From the NCBI GenBank assembly GCA_001779315.1, contig MFJU01000035.1:1-61246 (forward strand): 61,246 bases of DNA, given 5' to 3'. Shown here one piece after another: positions 30,929 to 39,364 of the stretch. The translations under genes and the position numbers were made by a program. The stretch is from Candidatus Gottesmanbacteria bacterium RIFCSPLOWO2_01_FULL_42_22. Lineage in GTDB: Bacteria; Patescibacteriota; Microgenomatia; 2-02-FULL-39-11. The notes under the pieces were generated by a model. That model ran no database searches. It worked only from the letters and a program-made list of their open reading frames with translations, and was not told the origin of the DNA. How positions within the stretch are numbered: the stretch's first letter is position 1; the number at the start of each line of letters is the position of its first letter.

Positions 30929-30945
30929 AAAACAAGATTACTACT

Positions 30946-31149
30946 TTATTGTCCTATTTGCAAGACGATATTCCTAGATTCATCTATGACTTTCTTTAGA
31001 TATAACATTTTCTGATTTCCGCTTTTTCCATTTCTTAACACTTGATAAGACGACAGGTTTCTTATACAGTCTGGTCTGCCCTTTTTTGTTTCATGGTAAG
31101 CATAAGTACTCCTTTTCCGGGCAGGAATATTTGGAGTACATTCTCCCAT
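30946..31149 (-). pseudogene. Remnant of the 3' end of a GT2 glycosyltransferase gene.
   Basis: The 67-aa ORF ends ...RNGKSGNQKMLYLKKVIDESRNIV. This parallels the C-terminus of the intact GT2 at 33286-34203 (...RRGRSGNRKMVYLKKVINEFHGTL). The two are about 88% identical at the DNA level over 60 bp. Confidence 0.7.
30978..31037. repeat. Left copy of a 60-bp imperfect direct repeat (GT2 3'-end sequence).
   Basis: ATTCATCTATGACTTTCTTTAGATATAACATTTTCTGATTTCCGCTTTTTCCATTTCTTA matches 33309-33368 at 53 of 60 positions by hand alignment. Confidence 0.85.
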
Positions 31150-31228
31150 GATTCAACGAATCAGTTTCCGGTACATTTCTGATGATTCAACGCGTATCAT
31201 TGACAATATATTCTACCAAATATATAAT
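31149..31228 (+). promoter_or_regulatory. Consensus sigma70 promoter with an upstream 10-bp direct repeat; candidate operator for the Phd/YefM gene.
   Basis: TTGACA lies at 31200-31205, followed by an exact 17-nt spacer and TATAAT at 31223-31228. TGATTCAACG occurs at 31149-31158 and 31183-31192. AAGGA lies 8 nt before the ATG at 31266. Confidence 0.6.
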
Positions 31229-31265
31229 CATAATGTTTACATAAAGTTTTCTTAAGGATATCATT

Positions 31266-31562
31266 ATGGATTTAATACAGTCAACCTTTATTGGAGCATT
31301 CGAACTCAGAAAAAATCTTACCAGCCTTTTGCAAAAACTACAAAAAAGAAAAGAGGAAATTGTGGTTACCCAGAATGGCAAACCCGCCGCCATGCTCTTA
31401 TCATTGGAAAAATATCTGGAAATGAAAGAGATGAATGAGGAACTGAAGGAAGCTTTGAATGAACTGACAAATAAGCAATATATAAAAACCCTCAAAAGTG
31501 AAGTTGAACTAGTCAGGAAGGGTAAGGGTCAAAAGGCAGAAAAAGTAATAGAAAAATTTTAA
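31266..31562 (+). CDS. Phd/YefM-family type II antitoxin with no adjacent toxin gene.
   Basis: 98 aa. FELRKNLTSLLQKLQKRKEEIVVTQNGKPAAMLLSLEKYLEM is the typical Phd/YefM N-terminal fold. Confidence 0.75.
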   Translation: MDLIQSTFIGAFELRKNLTSLLQKLQKRKEEIVVTQNGKPAAMLLSLEKYLEMKEMNEELKEALNELTNKQYIKTLKSEVELVRKGKGQKAEKVIEKF

Positions 31563-31630
31563 TCATCGCCGATATCAGACGAAGAACCAGTACAGCCTAT
31601 CAGTAAACCATTTACTGTAAAGGATGAAAC

Positions 31631-32056
31631 CTATTTATTTTTTTCCAGGAAATCTAAAATTTGGGAGCCGAAAATTCTTAAATCATTTACATCATCATGA
31701 TAGTCTCTAAAAAGCAGACGGAAATCAAAATCATTATATCCATGAACCACCCGGTTTCTGAAATCAGCTGCTCTTCCCATCCGTAAAGACAAATCTCTGG
31801 AAATAATATTCTGTTCTCCTAAAAGTAAAAAAGCATCTTTGGCGGTTTCCTTTCGGGGAAGATTCAGCTCGGCAATAACATGAACCGCTACATCTATGCA
31901 CGTTTCTACAGATTGCTGAAGTCTGAAGGTTAAAAGATCATGAATATCAGCTTGACCGACAAATTCATCTTCGGCAAAATCCATGTTTTCTATTTTTGCC
32001 AGATTTTCATTCAGAAAATCAAGCTTTTTGGCAAGTATTGTCTTATTGATGGGCAC
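31631..32056 (-). CDS. hepT: HepT-family (DUF86) toxin.
   Basis: 141 aa with the RNRVVHGY (Rx4HxY) catalytic motif. It overlaps the upstream MntA gene by 14 nt. Confidence 0.8.
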   Translation of the reverse strand: MPINKTILAKKLDFLNENLAKIENMDFAEDEFVGQADIHDLLTFRLQQSVETCIDVAVHVIAELNLPRKETAKDAFLLLGEQNIISRDLSLRMGRAADFRNRVVHGYNDFDFRLLFRDYHDDVNDLRIFGSQILDFLEKNK

Positions 32057-32456
32057 GGGGAAATTTATCCGTTAAATATGAGTAATATATTTTTCTCAGA
32101 TATCCGGTATCGTAATATTTATGTAGGACTTTAGCTTCAAAATCTGCCATTTCTTCCTTATTCCTCTCATAAATCCGCTCTCCCCGGATTATTTCAAATA
32201 AAAAAAGCGGTGAAGATTTCCTGTCCGCCACGGATAAATCCAAATCTTTGGGAAACGGCAAATGCCGGATATATTCATAGACTTTTTCATCGCCTAAAAC
32301 CTTTTTATCATCCACCAGAACCGCCAGATCAAAATCGCTGTCAGATCTTTCTTTTCCTTTGGAATATGATCCGATAAGATAGGCCGCTGATATCCCCTTT
32401 TTTGATCTGAAAATATCCGCTAACCGCTTTTTCAGAATTTGATTCATAAGCATCAT
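32043..32456 (-). CDS. mntA: MntA-family nucleotidyltransferase antitoxin.
   Basis: 137 aa with the minimal NTase motif GSYSKGKERSDSDFDLAVL (GSx9-10DxD). Confidence 0.8.
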   Translation of the reverse strand: MMLMNQILKKRLADIFRSKKGISAAYLIGSYSKGKERSDSDFDLAVLVDDKKVLGDEKVYEYIRHLPFPKDLDLSVADRKSSPLFLFEIIRGERIYERNKEEMADFEAKVLHKYYDTGYLRKIYYSYLTDKFPRAHQ

Positions 32457-32515
32457 GATTATACCTAAATTTAAAGCCCGATCTCAAGTCCGGTCGATCT
32501 GTCTATCAGGTGATT

Positions 32516-32941
32516 TCAAAACAAACTTCCCGCCAGTTTAAATCCCTGCTTCTTATACCAATTGTCAAATGAAAAAATAGTATCTATGGAATATTTTTTA
32601 GCAACAGCAGCCACAATTGCGTCAAAGAGCGTGTTTTGTTTTGAACCGCCGGGGTCAAACAGATTAGCCGCCTGTTCTAAAACACCTTGATCGACGGTTT
32701 CGACGGTCAGCTTGCTTTCCTTTACTTGTTTGGCAATGACGCCGGCTAAGACCGGTTTATTCAATTTTCGTTGTAGTGTGGTAATAGCCTCAGTGATAGC
32801 GGTTACCGGATAGATAATACCGCCGCCGGAATTGATCAGTTTTTCAAGTATCGAAAAGGCTTCAGAGGAATGGTTATCCTCCTTGTTAAAGAGTGCAATT
32901 AAACCATCGGCGTCACCAACAATGATGGTAGGGATAGCCAC
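32516..32941 (-). CDS. PIN-domain protein (VapC-like toxin).
   Basis: 141 aa. Acidic residues have PIN-like spacing (IVGDADGLIAL ... TEAITTL ... LFDAIVAAVA ... FSFDNWY). Confidence 0.65.
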   Translation of the reverse strand: MAIPTIIVGDADGLIALFNKEDNHSSEAFSILEKLINSGGGIIYPVTAITEAITTLQRKLNKPVLAGVIAKQVKESKLTVETVDQGVLEQAANLFDPGGSKQNTLFDAIVAAVAKKYSIDTIFSFDNWYKKQGFKLAGSLF

Positions 32942-32949
32942 GTTTATTT

Positions 32950-33213
32950 TTATTCCCAGGTGTATTTATCGTGTTTCTCAGATAAATCCCTAGGCAATTT
33001 TTCATTTTTAAGTAATTTTCTTACCTCTTGAGCTAAGTCCAGAAGTGCTTTGCTGGAAACAGACGGCTTAACCTCGATGGTTTTAACTCCATTGCGCAGA
33101 GCTTGCCGGATAACCTCGGCTTTAGGTCTGCCTGTGGCCAGAGAAAGCAGAGTGACCTGCTTTTTTAAATATTCATCTAAATAAACGGTAGTGGGATATA
33201 AATTGCCCCGCAT
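32950..33213 (-). CDS. Ribbon-helix-helix (CopG-like) antitoxin partner of the PIN protein.
   Basis: TTVYLDEYLKKQVTLLSLATGRPKAEVIRQALRNGV is an RHH pattern. The start is probably MRGNLY at 33213; the track extends to 33264. Confidence 0.65.
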   Translation of the reverse strand: MRGNLYPTTVYLDEYLKKQVTLLSLATGRPKAEVIRQALRNGVKTIEVKPSVSSKALLDLAQEVRKLLKNEKLPRDLSEKHDKYTWE

Positions 33214-33285
33214 ATTTACCCATATTACCAAATACCAACTTAAATTACAATATGCAATGTCCAAACACCTGTTGGCAAACCTGTA

Positions 33286-34203
33286 TTAGTTTGATAGTGT
33301 GCCGTGAAATTCATTTATGACTTTCTTAAGATATACCATTTTCCGATTTCCGCTTCTTCCCCTTCTTATTTTCCAAAAAAATAATCTTAACAAACTGCCC
33401 AGATATAGCATCCGGATACCGGTTTTGGCGTATATTTCGTTGTGATATTTCCTTAAATATTTGTATAAGCTTCTTAAATAATAAGCGCCGTCAGTCACTC
33501 CTCCCGAACTTTTTTTACCATAATGGAAAACCAGAATTTCGGGATCAAAAATTATCCGATAACCCGATTTTCGGACTCTGCGGCATAAATCCAAATCCTC
33601 AAAGTACAGAAAAAACCTATTATCCATACCGCCTATTTTATGAAAAACATCCTTTCTGACGGCAAAATATGTACCTTCGACAGCTTCCACACGTTGTGTT
33701 TGACTGTAAAGTACCGGATTGGCTTTAGATTGAGGCAGAAACGGCAATAGTTTATAGAGAAAGCTCTGCTCGAGGAAAATATTCCACAGCGATGGCTCAA
33801 AATTAACAGACAGTTGCAGTTTATTGCCGGGATTTATAATTTTCGGTCCGACTATTGCCGTATGCTTATCCGGGAAATACTTCTTAAGCCCCCTGAAAGC
33901 GGCAGGATCGGTTTCCGTATCCGGATTGACTATTACTAGCCATTTTCCGCTTGCCAATTTAGTTCCGAGATTTATACCTTCAGCATAGCCGTGATTTATT
34001 CCGTCATGGAAAATCCTTGCTCCTTTTATTGAGTCATAGCCTTTTTTATGCCCATCGTTGATGACTATGATGATTTCCAGTGACAAATCTGCTTTTTCAG
34101 CAGACTTTTTCAGGCTCCTGGCGCAGTTTCCGAGATATTTTTGGCTGCGAAAGCAAACGAGGACTGCTGATAAGTCAGGTTTTCGCATATGATTTGATTT
34201 CAA
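33286..34203 (-). CDS. GT2-family glycosyltransferase with a C-terminal hydrophobic helix.
   Basis: 305 aa with LSAVLVCFRS, IIIVINDG, FEDLDLCRRVRKSGYRI and the C-terminal helix MLYLGSLLRLFFW. Confidence 0.85.
   Translation of the reverse strand: MKSNHMRKPDLSAVLVCFRSQKYLGNCARSLKKSAEKADLSLEIIIVINDGHKKGYDSIKGARIFHDGINHGYAEGINLGTKLASGKWLVIVNPDTETDPAAFRGLKKYFPDKHTAIVGPKIINPGNKLQLSVNFEPSLWNIFLEQSFLYKLLPFLPQSKANPVLYSQTQRVEAVEGTYFAVRKDVFHKIGGMDNRFFLYFEDLDLCRRVRKSGYRIIFDPEILVFHYGKKSSGGVTDGAYYLRSLYKYLRKYHNEIYAKTGIRMLYLGSLLRLFFWKIRRGRSGNRKMVYLKKVINEFHGTLSN
33309..33368. repeat. Right copy of the 60-bp imperfect direct repeat, inside the 3' end of the intact GT2 gene.
   Basis: ATTCATTTATGACTTTCTTAAGATATACCATTTTCCGATTTCCGCTTCTTCCCCTTCTTA matches 30978-31037. 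Confidence 0.85.
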
Positions 34204-35332
34204 TCAGCTTTAAGTAATTCTTAATCTGAATTGGCCAGGAATATAGTTTTGCCAGATTAATCCTCTTCTGCCTCAAAATTAGGCTATTTTCATTTATGGC
34301 TATTTGACAGTTTTTAACAAATTCCTGAGAAGTTTTGGCCGTATAAATCAACTTTTTCTTTTTAAGTTCAGACAGTGAAGGCATATCGGAAGCCACCACC
34401 GGAATTCCACAGGATAAATATTCCATCACTTTTACCGGGTAGGCAGCCTGGCCGTAGCTGTTAAGTTTATAAGGAATAATTCCGAGATTAAATCTTTTAA
34501 TATATTGCGGAATTTCTTCTTTCTTTTTTAGTCCCAGATAATAAAAATTAGGATATTTTCCAACATAATGCCTAATATTGAAAACTTCATCCCTGATTAT
34601 TCCGATCAGTACCAGGGATGCGTCAGGTATTGTCTTCATGAGCTCTTCCAGTAGTTCCTCCCAGATTTTATTTTTAAAAGTAATTGATCCGGCAAAACCG
34701 ATTATCGGTTTGGGAAGCTTTCTTAAATCATCGGGGATTTCAGTTATTCCTCTGACGAAGAATTGCTCAATTTCAACAGGAGTCGGAAAGAGGGATATTC
34801 TTTTTTTTGAGGCAATAAATTTTTCTTTAAGTTTCTCCGAAACGACAATTATTTTTCGGCATCTGGCGACAGCTTCTTTTTCCAAAAATTTCAGCTGCTT
34901 TCTGGCAAAAAAATTATTCCACCACGGTAAAGCGCCATATTCATCCAAAACATGATAAATCAGCGGGATTCTCCCGGGGTTCGGTAGGAAAGCCGCTTCA
35001 GGAGTCAGAGATATAATCAAATCATATTTTTCCTTCAGTAAATAAGTCAACAGCCAATAATTGAGAAGATGGTTCAGGAGATTAAAAAGAATGAATGTTT
35101 TGCCAAAGGGAAATACAGCGAAGGAATGAAAGACAGTCAGGCGTTGATTTAAATTCTCTATAAGCTTGTTCCTTTTTGCCAAAAGGGTTAAAGTGCGGTT
35201 TATCCTGGGAAATTCAAAAACAGTCACGTTATAATAGCGGGAGAGGTGGAGAGGAAGATAGTGTTCTATCTGGTCAATCTGACTGTTATAATTATCTCCG
35301 ATAAACGCTAAAATATTTTTCTGTCTATGCAT
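34175..35332 (-). CDS. GT1/GT4-like glycosyltransferase (GT-B fold).
   Basis: It carries FAGSITFKNKIWEELLEEL and VKVMEYLSCGIPVVASDMPSL. It is a paralogue of 56103-57215. The ATG at 35332 agrees with the paralogue's N-terminus; the track uses the GTG at 35359. Confidence 0.75.
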   Translation of the reverse strand: MHRQKNILAFIGDNYNSQIDQIEHYLPLHLSRYYNVTVFEFPRINRTLTLLAKRNKLIENLNQRLTVFHSFAVFPFGKTFILFNLLNHLLNYWLLTYLLKEKYDLIISLTPEAAFLPNPGRIPLIYHVLDEYGALPWWNNFFARKQLKFLEKEAVARCRKIIVVSEKLKEKFIASKKRISLFPTPVEIEQFFVRGITEIPDDLRKLPKPIIGFAGSITFKNKIWEELLEELMKTIPDASLVLIGIIRDEVFNIRHYVGKYPNFYYLGLKKKEEIPQYIKRFNLGIIPYKLNSYGQAAYPVKVMEYLSCGIPVVASDMPSLSELKKKKLIYTAKTSQEFVKNCQIAINENSLILRQKRINLAKLYSWPIQIKNYLKLIEIKSYAKT

Positions 35333-36550
35333 ATCCTGCAAATCAATAAATTTTATCACATCGTCGGCGGTGTAGAACGGTATTATCTCGAACTTTCAAA
35401 TCTACTGGAGAAAAAAGGCCACCAGGTTGCCTATTTTTCCATGGATCACCCGCGCAATTATAAAACAAAATGGTCGAAGTACTTTGTCAGTAACGCCTCT
35501 TTTACAAAACCCCGTTTTGGCCGGAGTATAAATCTCTTTTCCCGCATGATATATTCCCGTGAATCCAGAAGTAGAATAGCTAGATTATTAGATGATTTTC
35601 AGCCCGACATTGCTCATCTTCACCAGATTTATCATCATATTTCCCCGTCAATTCTATTGGAATTAAAAAAAAGAAAGATTCCGATTGTCCATACAGTTGG
35701 CGATTTTCATTTAATTTCTCCCCATCATAACAACTTATTTCACCAAGACCATATTTGTGAAGTCTCCAAACCGCACAAATATTACCAGACAGTTATTCAT
35801 AAATGCATCAAGAATTCATATTTGGCCAGCTTTGCCGAAAGCTTAGAACAGTATTTCCATTATTTCCTGAAGATATATCAAAATAATATTGATTTGTTCA
35901 TATCGCCAAGTGAATTTATGACAACGAAGTTGGTCGAGTACGGTATACCTTCTCAGAGGATTAAGATTCTCCCCTACTTTGTTGATTACCGAAAATACCA
36001 CCAAAGTCGAAAAATCGGAAGTTATATCCTTTATTTCGGTAGGTTATCAGAAGAGAAAGGATTGAAATTTTTGGTTGAGAATGTAGGACGATTACCTAAT
36101 GTCAAACTTATCATTGCCGGAGAAGGACCTCTTGGAATTGAATTGAAAAATATGATAAAGGTAAACAAATTCAGAAATATTGAAATAAGATCAGAATTTA
36201 TTCCCGAATCTGATTTGAAAAAAATCATCAGTGAATGTCGCTTTATAGTTTACCCTTCCCAATCATATGAAATCTTCGGGATATCACTTCTTGAAGCTTA
36301 TGCTTCAGGAAAACCGGTTCTGGCAAGCAGAATCGGGGCACTTCCGGAAATTGTTAAAAACGGCGAAACGGGTTTATTGTTTGAAGTCAACAATCATGAC
36401 CAATTCCGAAAAAAACTCCTAAAGTTATGGCAAAATCCAAAATTATTAAAATTAATGGGAAGAAATGGTCGTATGCTAGTAGAAAAAAAATTTAGTCCGG
36501 AGTTACATTATAGTCAATTGAAAGAAATATATCAGGAAATTATCGACTAA
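35327..36550 (+). CDS. GT4-family glycosyltransferase.
   Basis: 407 aa with FGRLSEEKGLKF and EIFGISLLEAYASGKPVLASRIGALPEIVKNGETGLLF. It is a paralogue of 57223-58485. Confidence 0.85.
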   Translation: MHILQINKFYHIVGGVERYYLELSNLLEKKGHQVAYFSMDHPRNYKTKWSKYFVSNASFTKPRFGRSINLFSRMIYSRESRSRIARLLDDFQPDIAHLHQIYHHISPSILLELKKRKIPIVHTVGDFHLISPHHNNLFHQDHICEVSKPHKYYQTVIHKCIKNSYLASFAESLEQYFHYFLKIYQNNIDLFISPSEFMTTKLVEYGIPSQRIKILPYFVDYRKYHQSRKIGSYILYFGRLSEEKGLKFLVENVGRLPNVKLIIAGEGPLGIELKNMIKVNKFRNIEIRSEFIPESDLKKIISECRFIVYPSQSYEIFGISLLEAYASGKPVLASRIGALPEIVKNGETGLLFEVNNHDQFRKKLLKLWQNPKLLKLMGRNGRMLVEKKFSPELHYSQLKEIYQEIID

Positions 36551-36559
36551 TCCGAATTA

Positions 36560-37654
36560 ATGAGAAAACACCGAAAAAGGCTGTTTATTATTTTGCTTAT
36601 TATATTCCTCGTGATCAGTTTGGAAGTATTTTTCCGATACCTCTTTCTGCAAACGTCCTTCCTGGATAATCATTACGTTAACAATGATGCCTGGTGGAGA
36701 TTAAGATGGATTAGAAACAGAAGATATGTTGAAGAAGATGTCGCCAATTATTTTTCCATATACCGTTACGATAAAATTTTAGGTTGGAACCCCAGATCAA
36801 ATTTAAAAAATCACGATATTGGAAAAGGAGCTTTTTTAACTACCAATTCAGTAGGAATAAGAGATGATAAGGAGTTTAGTAAGTTGAAGCATGAAGGAAA
36901 AACCAGAATTCTGATATTGGGCGACTCTTTTTCTTTTGGTGAAGAAGTTTCAGATAACCAGACGTTTTCTTATTTACTGGAACAATTACTAACTGAATCA
37001 GAAGTCATTAATATGGGGGTTGGTGGATATGGTCATGACCAAATGTTCTTAAAACTTAAAACAGAAGGAATAAAATATCAACCCGATATGATTATTGTGG
37101 GATTTCTCGAAAGTGATATGGATAGAAACATTCTTTCTTTTCGTGATTACAGCAAGCCGATTTTTACATTAATCAATAATGAGATTATTACTGCAAACAA
37201 TGAAATTCCTGAAGTGGATGAAATTTTAAAAAGAGAAGCATTCAAATTTAAAATTGCTGATTTTTTTTCCTTATTAAGTTCAAAAATAAGAGAGAGACAA
37301 ATAAAAGCGGAAATGGAAGAAATGACAAAGGCTATTTTGGATTTTATGACAAAGACGTCAATGGAAAATAAATCTCAGATACTATTTGTCTATTTGCCTG
37401 TTTCGAAAGAGATTTTCACAGATAACAGGAATATGGGGGAAGAATTTTTTAAAGAATATTGCCGGTCGACTCGGAAGAAATATCAGAACGGTTTTAATTG
37501 TTTTGATTTGCGTCCAGTTTTCAGAGAAGCCTCAAATAAAGGGGATAAATTCCGTGGCGGACATTTTCCTGGTCATTATGATGTTCTGGCTCATGCTTTA
37601 ATAGCCAATTCAATTAAAAATTTTTTAGTTCAATATAATTATTTTCCCTATTGA
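36560..37654 (+). CDS. Membrane-anchored SGNH/GDSL-family hydrolase.
   Basis: 364 aa with an N-terminal TM helix, ILILGDSFSFGEEV and GVGGYGHDQ. Confidence 0.75.
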   Translation: MRKHRKRLFIILLIIFLVISLEVFFRYLFLQTSFLDNHYVNNDAWWRLRWIRNRRYVEEDVANYFSIYRYDKILGWNPRSNLKNHDIGKGAFLTTNSVGIRDDKEFSKLKHEGKTRILILGDSFSFGEEVSDNQTFSYLLEQLLTESEVINMGVGGYGHDQMFLKLKTEGIKYQPDMIIVGFLESDMDRNILSFRDYSKPIFTLINNEIITANNEIPEVDEILKREAFKFKIADFFSLLSSKIRERQIKAEMEEMTKAILDFMTKTSMENKSQILFVYLPVSKEIFTDNRNMGEEFFKEYCRSTRKKYQNGFNCFDLRPVFREASNKGDKFRGGHFPGHYDVLAHALIANSIKNFLVQYNYFPY

Positions 37655-37748
37655 CAATACTATAGGCTTATGATATAAGGTAATTTAATTATAATCTATT
37701 GAACTATGGTTAAGTTTGTTAGGTTTAAAAAGTATAAAGGAAATTAAA

Positions 37749-37775
37749 TAACCCCGAGAAAGTCGGGGTTTATTA
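37749..37775 (+). terminator. Candidate intrinsic terminator after the SGNH gene.
   Basis: The stem is AACCCCGA / TCGGGGTT (8 bp) with loop GAAAG, followed by TATT. The U tract is weak. Confidence 0.4.
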
Positions 37776-37779
37776 AAAA

Positions 37780-39207
37780 ATGAAAACATTGGAAGCATCT
37801 CATGGGAATAATGAGATATATTCCGGAATTCCGGATTTTGCTTTAAGGCCAATAGAAGGAATAAAGCCAATAGACGTGGATGGAAGAGAAATCCTTGAAT
37901 ACGGATTCAGTTTAGGTCAAGGTATGAGGAAATTTCATAGAGCGACAGAAGGAGAATTTGAACGTATTACTTTTGAATCTGATAATTCAAAGTACGAATT
38001 AAAAGGAATAAATGAAAAAACCGCAAAAGGGTTTATTGATTGGTTAGACGGTGCTGTCCAGATTTCCGAGAATGGACCAAAAGTCGCTGCGATACTTGGA
38101 GGTGGAGGAGCTATATACTACGGATATAAAACTCTTCCGTTGACAACAAGAAAAGAATTTCTTCATAACGGTTTAAAAATACTAAAAATGGGTGCATTAG
38201 GAGTCTTGGGTGGATTTCTAGCCGGATGCACCGCCCAGGAAGCAATGGCTCAAATCGCTGCTACATTGGGATTAGAAGGAACATCTGAGGCAGTGACAGC
38301 GACTGCGATAGCAAACGGTCAGATTAAACCGACTGAAACACCGCAGGTATTTCAAACTGCAACAGGATTTGTCCAGGTTAGTCAAACTCCTGAAGGTCAA
38401 ATTACTATTAATTCATCTCCTACTCCGACATTAATACCTACTGAAACCTCGAGTCCGACACTGACTATTACACCCACAGCTACCGAGATTTTAGTTCCCT
38501 CCTGGGAATTTTCAAGTCCACAAACTACATTAAATGAGAATACACAATTAGAATGGAATCCGAACTTATGGTTTCATAAGCATATAAACCCGCCAGGAGT
38601 TGGAGAAATCGAATTACAAAAAGATCCCCAAATTGGAGATATATTGCATTATAATGTTATTAGTGAACTTGACCGGGGTGCACCTTTTTGGAATCAGATG
38701 GTATTGATGGGACCTACTATTCGACCGCCTTTAGAAATTGAAATTCCGATTTGTATCAACGATTTGTATTATCAGGGTAATTTATTAACTGTATGGAATG
38801 ACACTTCTTTTTTTAATGAATCCGTAAAAAAAGGTACGGAACTTGAAAATGTTGAAAGTATTTTATTTGCTATTGACTTGGAAAACTATATGCCACGGTT
38901 AGTTGCGCATCCTGCATATTGGAAATATGGGACTACTGATGTTGTGAGGAGTAGAAAAAAACTCGTTCCGGAACAATGGAATTTATTTAAAATAAAATTA
39001 GATGAGACTGGTACTGCCCGTTTTATTTTGAGTGATGAGGAAATCGGTTCTGTAAATGTAAATCAAATTCCTCCTGATGTAAATTCCGATCCTGATCTAA
39101 ATGGCGGGATTGGTATTAGAGGAGTGCATGGGGGAGAACACAGTAGTGATTTAAAGCCGGGAGCTACAGTCGATAATGGTCCAATAAAAATCACCAGTTT
39201 TGCATAA
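37780..39207 (+). CDS. Hypothetical surface protein with an internal signal/lipobox-like segment and a Thr/Pro linker.
   Basis: 475 aa. A hydrophilic region of about 120 aa precedes TTRKEFLHNGLKILKMGALGVLGGFLAGC. This is followed by SSPTPTLIPTETSSPTLTITPTATE and a C-terminal domain of about 230 aa. Confidence 0.65.
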   Translation: MKTLEASHGNNEIYSGIPDFALRPIEGIKPIDVDGREILEYGFSLGQGMRKFHRATEGEFERITFESDNSKYELKGINEKTAKGFIDWLDGAVQISENGPKVAAILGGGGAIYYGYKTLPLTTRKEFLHNGLKILKMGALGVLGGFLAGCTAQEAMAQIAATLGLEGTSEAVTATAIANGQIKPTETPQVFQTATGFVQVSQTPEGQITINSSPTPTLIPTETSSPTLTITPTATEILVPSWEFSSPQTTLNENTQLEWNPNLWFHKHINPPGVGEIELQKDPQIGDILHYNVISELDRGAPFWNQMVLMGPTIRPPLEIEIPICINDLYYQGNLLTVWNDTSFFNESVKKGTELENVESILFAIDLENYMPRLVAHPAYWKYGTTDVVRSRKKLVPEQWNLFKIKLDETGTARFILSDEEIGSVNVNQIPPDVNSDPDLNGGIGIRGVHGGEHSSDLKPGATVDNGPIKITSFA

Positions 39208-39364
39208 GATATTGGTTAATCAAAATAATCCTTCTTCATACTTTTAATCTTCATTATTTATTTTATACTAGGATAGATGATAGTTTGTCTATTTTTTTAG
39301 ACGGATATTCTTGGTTAAACTTAGCAAATGCTTGTCAGTTTGATTTAATTGGTATTAAGCGGGA

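Noticed and set aside
31187-31495. Minus-strand 102-aa ORF opposite the Phd/YefM gene, considered as a candidate missing toxin.
   Set aside because: It is entirely antisense to the antitoxin gene and promoter. The translation is Ser/Phe-rich and low-complexity. TA toxins are not normally encoded antisense across their antitoxin.
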